Of a DNA stretch of 32,000 nt, positions 25,680 to 32,000 are shown one piece after another. The notes beneath the pieces were generated by a model. It was not told where the DNA came from and searched no databases. It was given only the letters and a program-made list of their open reading frames with translations. Position 1 is the first letter of the stretch. Each line of letters begins with the position of its first letter. The position numbers and the translations under genes were made by a program. The stretch is taken from sequence record JAHBMJ010000146.1. One strand, written 5' to 3'.

Positions 25680-25912
25680 TGGGTGCGGTCCTCATCGGTC
25701 CCGTCCGGCTCGGGCGGCCGGGTGGCGTTGGCGTTCACGAAGGCTTCCAGATCCCTTACCGCGACGCGGAACTCGCGGCCGAGCTTGATGGCGCGCAACT
25801 GCTCGTCATGGATCCAGCCGCGCACGGTCGCTTCGCTCACCTTGAGCAGTTCGGCGATCTCGTGGGTGGTCATAAATGGCCTGCTGAGCATCGTTCGACC
25901 CTGTTGGACCAT
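25676..25912 (-). CDS. Small excisionase-type (MerR-superfamily) helix-turn-helix DNA-binding protein
   Basis: ...MTTHEIAELLKVSEATVRGWIHDEQLRAIKLGREFRVAVRDLEAFV... matches the excisionase-family HTH pattern. The start is ambiguous (ATG 25912, 25891 or 25873). Confidence 0.65.
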   Translation of the reverse strand: MVQQGRTMLSRPFMTTHEIAELLKVSEATVRGWIHDEQLRAIKLGREFRVAVRDLEAFVNANATRPPEPDGTDEDRTQ

Positions 25913-26073
25913 GTTGACGATATCAGGGCGTGACCGGGCGCGGTTTGACGCCGATCAAGCATGGCTCGAACGCCTTCCGGGCGAATGGAACCGGGCCGCC
26001 CGTCATGCGTGAATGTTGCATTGTCATGCTTGGCCGCTACAAGCTGCGGCAGGTTCCAACCGGAGGTCATCCC

Positions 26074-26952
26074 GTGTCAGCCAAGATCCGCAAAGCCGTC
26101 ATTCCCGTCGCGGGCCTGGGAACACGCTTCCTGCCCGCCACCAAGGCCGTGCCCAAGGAGATGCTGACCGTGGTCGACAGGCCGGTCGTCCAGTACGCGG
26201 TCGACGAGGCGCGCGCCGCCGGCATCGAGCACATCATTCTGGTCACGGGGCGCAACAAGAACGTGATCGAGGATCATTTCGACCATCAGTACGAACTCGA
26301 GCACACGCTCGAACAGCGCGGCAAGACCGGGCCGCTCGACATGCTGCGTTCGGACATGCCGCAGGCGGGTCAGATCAGCTACACGCGCCAGCAGCAGGCG
26401 CTTGGGCTCGGCCATGCGGTCTGGTGCGCCCGCGACATGATCAGCGCGAACGAGCCGTTCGCCGTGCTTCTGCCCGACATGGTGATGACCGGCGAGCCGG
26501 GCTGCCTGTCGCAGATGGTGGCGGTGCACGAAAAGCGCGGCGGCAACCTGGTCTCGGTGGAGTCGTGCGACCCGGATGACGCGCACAAATACGGCATCGT
26601 CTCGATGGGCGACAAGTATGATGACGGCTCGTTCGAGATCACCGGCATGGTCGAAAAGCCCGAACCGGGCACGGCGCCCTCGACCTATTTCCTCAATGGC
26701 CGCTACATTCTCGATGCGTCGATCATGGACCTGCTCGGCCGCCACCAGACCGGTGCGGGCGGCGAGATCCAATTGACCGACTCGATGCTCGACCTGATGG
26801 AAAGCCAGCCCTTCTTCGGCGTGCCGTTCGACGGCCAGACCTTCGATTGCGGGTCGAAACTGGGTTTCCTCAGCGCCAACATCGCGCTGGGGCTCGCCAG
26901 TGACGAGCTCGGCGATGATCTGCGCGCCTTCATCAAGGCGCTCGACATCTGA
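26074..26952 (+). CDS. galU: UTP--glucose-1-phosphate uridylyltransferase
   Basis: The GTG at 26074 is preceded by GGAGG with a 7-nt spacer. [27 protein letters not shown] signature and ...VEKP... motif. The track ORF start at 25930 is unsupported. Confidence 0.9.
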   Translation: MSAKIRKAVIPVAGLGTRFLPATKAVPKEMLTVVDRPVVQYAVDEARAAGIEHIILVTGRNKNVIEDHFDHQYELEHTLEQRGKTGPLDMLRSDMPQAGQISYTRQQQALGLGHAVWCARDMISANEPFAVLLPDMVMTGEPGCLSQMVAVHEKRGGNLVSVESCDPDDAHKYGIVSMGDKYDDGSFEITGMVEKPEPGTAPSTYFLNGRYILDASIMDLLGRHQTGAGGEIQLTDSMLDLMESQPFFGVPFDGQTFDCGSKLGFLSANIALGLASDELGDDLRAFIKALDI

Positions 26953-26955
26953 GCG

Positions 26956-27978
26956 CTATTCGGCGGCGACGTCGAGATAGCCAAGCGGGTTCTGCGACTG
27001 CCAGCGCCACACATCGGCGCACATCTCGTCAAGGCCGCGTTCGGCGCGCCAGCCCATCAGCGCTTCGGCCCGCGACGGGTCCGCATAGCACGCGGCGATG
27101 TCGCCCGGACGGCGGTCGGCGATGCGATAGGGGACGTTTCGGCCCGAGGCCCGTTCGAACGCTTCGACCATTTCCAGAACCGAATAGCCCTTGCCGGTGC
27201 CCAGATTGAGGGCCGTGCATTGCGGCTCGTCGAGCAGCGACAGCGCGGCGACGTGGCCCTCGGCCAGATCGCAGACATGGATGTAATCGCGCACGCCGGT
27301 GCCGTCGGGCGTCGGATAGTCGTTGCCGAACACGTTCAGGTGCGGGCGCCGGCCGACCGCGACCTGGGCGATGAACGGCATCAGGTTGTTGGGCGTGTCG
27401 GCCGGGTCCTCGCCGATCAGCCCGGACGGGTGCGCGCCGACCGGGTTGAAATAGCGCAGGATCGCGATCGCCCATTGCGGGTCGGAGGCATGAAGCGCGC
27501 GCAGCATGTCCTCGACGATCAGCTTGGTCTGGCCGTAGACGCTGGCCGTCGACAGGCGATGATCCTCGGGGATGGGCAGGCATTCGGGCTCGCCATAGAC
27601 GGTCGCCGAGGACGAGAAGATCAACTTCCTGAGGCCGGTGTTGGCCATCGCGGTCAGAAGCCGTTCGGTGCCGCCGACATTGACCTCGAAATATTTGAGC
27701 GGTTCGGCCATGCTCTCGCCGACCGCCTTGTAGCCGGCGAAATGGATCACCGCCTCGCAGCCATGATCCTCGATCACGCGCTCGATGAGGGTGGCGTTGC
27801 GGATGTCGCCGGCGATGCACACCGGCTCGGTCTGGAAGAGCTGGCCGAGCCGGCTCAGCACGCGCGGCGAGGCGTTGGCGAAATTGTCGACGATCACCGG
27901 CGTATGGCCGGCCTCGCGCAGCGCGATCCAGGTGTGGGAGCCGATGTAACCGGCCCCGCCCGTGACGAGTATCTTCAT
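26956..27978 (-). CDS. galE: UDP-glucose 4-epimerase
   Basis: MKILVTGGAGYIGSHT (Rossmann), catalytic YGQTK (YxxxK) and ...DGTGVRDYIHVCDLA.... Confidence 0.93.
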   Translation of the reverse strand: MKILVTGGAGYIGSHTWIALREAGHTPVIVDNFANASPRVLSRLGQLFQTEPVCIAGDIRNATLIERVIEDHGCEAVIHFAGYKAVGESMAEPLKYFEVNVGGTERLLTAMANTGLRKLIFSSSATVYGEPECLPIPEDHRLSTASVYGQTKLIVEDMLRALHASDPQWAIAILRYFNPVGAHPSGLIGEDPADTPNNLMPFIAQVAVGRRPHLNVFGNDYPTPDGTGVRDYIHVCDLAEGHVAALSLLDEPQCTALNLGTGKGYSVLEMVEAFERASGRNVPYRIADRRPGDIAACYADPSRAEALMGWRAERGLDEMCADVWRWQSQNPLGYLDVAAE

Positions 27979-28056
27979 GGCGCCTTCCCTGCGGCGTATC
28001 TTTTTGACGCAGCATGGCAGGCAAGGGTTGAGAAAGCGTTCGCGCCCCGTGTGCCC

Positions 28057-28938
28057 TTATGAACGCCAGACGGCGGGCAGGGCGATCCGGTCCCGCAAGG
28101 CGCCGAGCGCGGCGATGATGGCGGGGCGCAGCAGGTGCGATGAGCGCGCCCTCAGCCGGACGACGCATTTGCCGGCAAAGGCGCTGACGCCGGCGTCGAC
28201 ACTGTCAGGAAAGGGCTTGAGCGCCTCGCGCACGGCACCGGCGAGCGCCCGCCACCGGTCCTCGTCGTGCGGGGCGCAGGCAACGAGCGTGGCGAAGGCC
28301 GTGCATCGGCCGAGCAGCGCCGCGGCCGACAGTTCCACCACGTCGCCCTCGATGCGCAGATCGTCGGCATGGACCAGTTCGCCGGCGCGGCGAATGCGCC
28401 AGCGGTCGCGCAGTCGGGTTTCGGTGACGGTCTCGCCCATTGCCTGGCGGCCGAGCACGATGGTCTCGAGGCCGACGAAGCGAGCGGTTTCGGTAAGCTC
28501 GATCTCGAGCGTCCGGTCGAGCGCGCTGCGATCGAACAGGATCGTCTCCTGCGGCAGCCAGTCGAGCCGGGCGCCGTCGGCGACGTCGATCCGGGTCGTC
28601 TGCCGCGCCGCGCCGTCGGTGCTGCGGTAGATGCGCTCGCAGGCCTGGGTGGCGACGACCAGATGGGTGTCGCGGCCCGCCTCCAGCCGCCAGTCGAGCC
28701 GGTCGCCGCCGGTCAGACCGCCGGCGGTGTTGATCAGCACCGCCTCGAGCCGGGGCGCGTGCTGGCGCGGCACGCGGATCTTGGCGTTCGCCTTCTGGTG
28801 CAACCCGGCAAGGCGGGTGCGCCCGTCATGGCCGGCCTTGACGGCGATGGCGCCATGGCCGACCGAGCGCTGCATCGGCGCGGCCGGCCGGGCTTCATCG
28901 GGACGGTTTGCCTGGGTGCGCTCGGCTGCTATGTCCAT
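28057..28938 (-). CDS. ureD: Urease accessory protein UreD
   Basis: ...AVLINTAGGLTGGDRLDW..., ...ARLDWLPQETILFD... and ...FVGLETIVLGR... are hallmark UreD blocks. The ATG at 28938 is preceded by GGAGG with a 9-nt spacer. Confidence 0.85.
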   Translation of the reverse strand: MDIAAERTQANRPDEARPAAPMQRSVGHGAIAVKAGHDGRTRLAGLHQKANAKIRVPRQHAPRLEAVLINTAGGLTGGDRLDWRLEAGRDTHLVVATQACERIYRSTDGAARQTTRIDVADGARLDWLPQETILFDRSALDRTLEIELTETARFVGLETIVLGRQAMGETVTETRLRDRWRIRRAGELVHADDLRIEGDVVELSAAALLGRCTAFATLVACAPHDEDRWRALAGAVREALKPFPDSVDAGVSAFAGKCVVRLRARSSHLLRPAIIAALGALRDRIALPAVWRS

Positions 28939-28976
28939 CGTCCGTCGCCTCCACCAACCGCCAGGGATATCCGCCC

Positions 28977-30215
28977 GTGCATGACGATCTGAAGGCCCGC
29001 GCGGCCGCGCTCGATGACGCCGATCCGCTTGCCGCGCTGCGCGACAGGTTCGCGCTCGCCGAGGGGCTCGTCTATCTGGACGGCAATTCGCAGGGCGCGC
29101 TGCCGCGCCACGTGCCGGACCGTGTCGCCTCTGCCGTCAAGACCGAGTGGGGCGAACATCTGATCACCGCCTGGGACCGCGACGGCTGGGTCGATCTGCC
29201 GGTCAGGACGGGCGAGCGCATCGCCGTGCTGATCGGCGCGGCGCCGGGCTCGGTGCGGGTGACAGACTCCACTTCGGTGAACCTGTTCAAGGTGCTGTCG
29301 GCGGCGCTGTCGCTGAAAGGCAACCGGGCGACGGTGGTGTCCGACAGCGGCAACTTTCCGACCGATCTTTACGTCGCGCACGGGCTCGAACGGGCGCATC
29401 CGGGCGTGACCCTGAAGGTCGTCGCGCCCGAGGACGTCGCGGCGGCGATCGACGATGGCGTCGACGTGCTCTTGCTGACCGAGGTCGACTACCGCACCGG
29501 CCGCCGGCACGACATGGCCGCGCTGACCGCAAAGGCGCACGAACGCGGCGCGCTGGTGATCTGGGATCTGGCCCATTCGGCCGGGGCGCTGGCGGTCGAT
29601 CTGGAAGGCGTGCGCGCCGATTTCGCCGTCGGCTGCGGCTACAAGTTCCTCAATGGCGGGCCGGGCGCGCCGGCCTTCTACTACATTGCCGAGCGCCATC
29701 AGGCGGCGGTCGAGCCGCTCCTTGCGGGCTGGTTCGGCCATGCCGCCCCGTTCGCCTTCGAGACCGCGTTCCGGCCGGCCGAGGGCGCCGACCGGCTGCG
29801 CGTCGGCACGCCGCCGGTCCTGTCGATGGTCGCGCTCGACGCCGCGCTCGACATCTTCGACGGGCTCGACATGAACGCGGTGCAGGCCAAGGGGCGCGCG
29901 CTGACCGATTTCTTCATCGCCTGCGTGGACCCGTTCGCCGGAGAGCTTGGCCTCGAACTGGCGACGCCGCCCGATCCGGCCGCGCGGGGCAGCCATGTCT
30001 CCCTGCGCCACGAGCATGCCTATCCGGTGATGCAGGCGCTGATCGCGGCGGGCGTGATCGGCGACATGCGCGCGCCCGACATTCTGCGGTTCGGCTTCGC
30101 GCCGCTCTATGTCCGGTTTTCCGACGTTCTGTCGGCGGCCGGCACGCTGGAGATGATCCTGCGGCAGGAAAGCTGGGACCGGCCCGAGTTCCACGCGCGC
30201 AAGGCGGTGACCTAG
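28977..30215 (+). CDS. kynU: Kynureninase
   Basis: Colinear by eye with bacterial kynureninase: ...LVYLDGNSQGALP..., ...TDSTSVNLFKVLSAAL..., ...NFPTDLY..., ...WDLAHSAG..., ...GCGYKFLNGGPGAPAF... (PLP Lys), ...GWFGH... and ...RFGF.PLY.... The GTG at 28977 gives the expected length of about 412 aa. The track TTG at 28908 would overlap ureD. Confidence 0.9.
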   Translation: MHDDLKARAAALDDADPLAALRDRFALAEGLVYLDGNSQGALPRHVPDRVASAVKTEWGEHLITAWDRDGWVDLPVRTGERIAVLIGAAPGSVRVTDSTSVNLFKVLSAALSLKGNRATVVSDSGNFPTDLYVAHGLERAHPGVTLKVVAPEDVAAAIDDGVDVLLLTEVDYRTGRRHDMAALTAKAHERGALVIWDLAHSAGALAVDLEGVRADFAVGCGYKFLNGGPGAPAFYYIAERHQAAVEPLLAGWFGHAAPFAFETAFRPAEGADRLRVGTPPVLSMVALDAALDIFDGLDMNAVQAKGRALTDFFIACVDPFAGELGLELATPPDPAARGSHVSLRHEHAYPVMQALIAAGVIGDMRAPDILRFGFAPLYVRFSDVLSAAGTLEMILRQESWDRPEFHARKAVT

Positions 30216-30318
30216 AGCGGTTTCGCTCCTCGCTGCATCGCTCAGGCCGTCCGAGCCTTTGTCCGTTCGCAATTGCGGACGCGAAACCGGGGCCCGCTTC
30301 CGCTGGAATTGCGCTGGC

Positions 30319-31257
30319 TCAGCCATCGGCCGGCCACGGGCCGTCGCCGATATGGCGTTCGCCGCGCCGGTGCGCCAGTTCGACCTGGCGCTGGCGTTCG
30401 GCGAAGCGGGCGCGGTCGGCGTCGGAGAACCTGCCGACGCAATGCGGGCATTGGACACCCTCGCGATATTCGGCCGAAGCCATCTCTTCGGGCGACAGCG
30501 GATGGCGGCAGGCGCGGCACAGCGCGTGGGTGCCAAGGCTCAGACCGTGGCCGACGGCCACGCGCTCGTCGAAGACGAAGCATTCCCCGTTCCAGGTGCT
30601 CGCCGGTTCGGGCACGGTCTCGAGATATTTCAGGATGCCGCCCTTGAGGTGATAGACCTCCTCATGGCCGAGCGACCGGACGAAGGCGGTCGCCTTCTCG
30701 CAGCGGATGCCGCCGGTGCAGAACATGGCGATCTTCTTGCCCCTGAGCGCGTTCTCGTTGCGCCGCACCCAGTCGGGGAACTCGCGGAAGGTCTGCGTCT
30801 GCGGGTTCACCGCGCCCTCGAACGTGCCGATCTTCACCTCGTAATCGTTGCGCGTGTCGATCACCACCGTGTCGGGATCGGCGATCAGGTCGTTCCAGTC
30901 CTCGGGCGCGACATAGGTGCCGACGATCCGGGTCGGATCGGTGTCGGGCACGCCCATGGTGACGATCTCGCGCTTGAGCCGGACCTTGAGCCGGTAGAAC
31001 GGCATGGTGTCGGCGAAGCTCTCCTTGTGCTCGAGCCCGGCCAGTTCGGGCTGGGCGCGCAGGAAGGCGAGCATGGCGTCGATGCCCGCGCGCGGGCCGG
31101 CGAGCGCGCCGTTGACGCCTTCGGAGGCGAGCAGCAGCGTGCCCTTCAGCCCTTGCCGGCAGCACAGTTCCGCAAGCGGCTGTTTGAGCGCTTCGTAACG
31201 GTCGAGCCGGGCGAAATGATAGAGCGCGGCGACGACGATGGGCGGTGTTTCGGTCAT
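30319..31257 (-). CDS. trhO: Rhodanese-domain tRNA uridine(34) hydroxylase (TrhO/YceA, UPF0176)
   Basis: N-terminal ...[10 protein letters not shown]..., rhodanese active-site loop [12 protein letters not shown] and a C-terminal Cys-rich tail (...CRAC.HP....CPHC...). Confidence 0.85.
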   Translation of the reverse strand: MTETPPIVVAALYHFARLDRYEALKQPLAELCCRQGLKGTLLLASEGVNGALAGPRAGIDAMLAFLRAQPELAGLEHKESFADTMPFYRLKVRLKREIVTMGVPDTDPTRIVGTYVAPEDWNDLIADPDTVVIDTRNDYEVKIGTFEGAVNPQTQTFREFPDWVRRNENALRGKKIAMFCTGGIRCEKATAFVRSLGHEEVYHLKGGILKYLETVPEPASTWNGECFVFDERVAVGHGLSLGTHALCRACRHPLSPEEMASAEYREGVQCPHCVGRFSDADRARFAERQRQVELAHRRGERHIGDGPWPADG

Positions 31258-31384
31258 GGTCCTGATTTAGCGACTGGAAACGGCGGCGGGAAGAGGTGCG
31301 TTCGATGCCCTTGGCGACCATTGGACCCCCACCCTTCATCCCTTGTAAGAACAAACCGGCCGGGTCTGTTATGAATGCAGGGGC

Positions 31385-31520
31385 GGCGGCGGATGCAAGA
31401 CCGATTATCCCTGGGGCCGGCTTCGAGCCCGCGGGGGAGCGTGGGTCTGCATCCGTGCTTCCATCGAACCCGAACAGTCGCCGGGGCCGCCAAGCGAGCC
31501 CGATTAGGCAAGGAGGGGAG
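31385..31520 (+). ncRNA. Candidate structured non-coding RNA in the IS110-family left end (bridge/seek-RNA-like); boundaries approximate
   Basis: Long hairpin GGATGCAAGACC (31391-31402) / GGGTCTGCATCC (31443-31454), 11 bp with one bulge, enclosing a GC-rich internal region. It lies directly upstream of the transposase SD. Confidence 0.25.
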
Positions 31521-31523
31521 AAG

Positions 31524-32000
31524 ATGGAAACTGTCGCGGGGATCGATGTGTCGAAGGGTTGGCTGGACGTTTGCATCCTGCCCTGCGGCGAGGCGTTTCG
31601 CGTCGGCAATGACGCGGCAGGTCTTCAGGCACTGGTCGACAGGCTGTCTGGCGCCCGGCCCGATGCGGTTGCGCTTGAGGCGACCGGCGGCCATGAACGT
31701 CTGGCGGCGGCCGAACTGGCCGCTGGCGGTTTTGCCGTGCTGATCGTCAACCCGGCGCAGGTGCGCGCCTATGCCAGGGCGACCGGCCGCCACGCCAAGA
31801 CCGATCGCGTCGATGCAACGGTGATCGCCGATTTTGTTCGGGCGACACAGCCCCGGCTCAGGAGGCTGCGCGATGCGCAAACCGAGGCGCTGTCGCAGCT
31901 TGTGGCCCGGCGCCGCCAGATCGTGGCGATGATCGTTGCCGAGGAGAACCGCGCCGGCCAGGCCCGTGAGCGCGGGGCGCAAAAGAGCATCAGACGTCTG
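31524..32000 (+). CDS. IS110-family (DEDD) transposase/recombinase, N-terminal 159 aa (3' end outside the window)
   Basis: My own translation, since this ORF is absent from the ORF track: METVAGIDVSKGWLDVCILP...AVALEATGGHERL...LIVNPAQVRAYARATGRHAKTDRVDATVIADF.... It has the IS110-family IDVSK, EATGG and NP.QVR...AKTD..DA..IA blocks, and AAGGAGGGG lies upstream of the ATG. Confidence 0.9.
   Translation, partial: METVAGIDVSKGWLDVCILPCGEAFRVGNDAAGLQALVDRLSGARPDAVALEATGGHERLAAAELAAGGFAVLIVNPAQVRAYARATGRHAKTDRVDATVIADFVRATQPRLRRLRDAQTEALSQLVARRRQIVAMIVAEENRAGQARERGAQKSIRRL

Larger units (their letters stand above)
31340..32000 (+). mobile_element. IS110-family insertion sequence, left part (runs off the window; left boundary not determinable here)
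   Basis: It contains the 5' part of an IS110-family transposase gene preceded by about 150-180 nt of structured non-coding DNA. The boundary is guessed from a local drop in GC near 31342-31356. Confidence 0.6.

Noticed and set aside
24018-26012. 664-aa plus-strand ORF opposite the CPA2 antiporter and HTH genes
   Set aside because: It is an antisense shadow ORF. The minus-strand products have coherent membrane-domain, RCK and HTH features.
28908-28976. Longer kynureninase ORF starting at TTG 28908
   Set aside because: It would overlap the ureD 5' end by 31 nt and adds an N-terminal extension with no counterpart in kynureninases. The GTG at 28977 restores the expected N-terminus and length.

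Overview
High-G+C, densely coding chromosomal segment with alphaproteobacterial (Rhizobiales-like) gene content and synteny. All calls rest on reading the translated ORFs and the DNA by eye; no searches were run.

Gene content in order:
- 3' part of a TPP-dependent enzyme, then tRNA-Ala(GGC).
- The conserved block of TIGR02300 acidic protein / aroA position / cmk / rpsA. The aroA slot holds only a half-length, catalytically degenerate EPSP-synthase-like ORF.
- A small conserved hypothetical, a HAD phosphatase and an RNase D-like exonuclease.
- A six-gene minus-strand operon: family-5 solute-binding protein, permease, fused permease-ATPase, ATPase, GntR/FadR regulator, acetamidase/formamidase-family amidase. 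It is divergent from an M20 carbamoylase-type amidohydrolase.
- The three-gene NAGGN osmoprotectant cluster (asnO, ngg, M42 peptidase).
- purU and a YeiH-family transporter.
- An overlapping HTH / CPA2 antiporter / tandem-Usp operon.
- galU and galE, an isolated ureD, kynU and trhO.
- At the right edge, the 5' part of an IS110-family insertion sequence.

I see no CRISPR array, rRNA, prophage or recognisable defence island.

The best candidates for something not yet described are:
1. The importer/amidase/amidohydrolase/regulator module lying back-to-back with the NAGGN biosynthesis genes. It may be a salvage or catabolic route for an N-blocked, C-amidated dipeptide. This is inference only.
2. 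The stand-alone single-domain, active-site-less EPSPS-like protein translationally coupled to cmk.
3. The structured non-coding leader of the IS110-family element.

Most of the long ORFs in the six-frame track are antisense shadow ORFs typical of high-GC DNA and were rejected.
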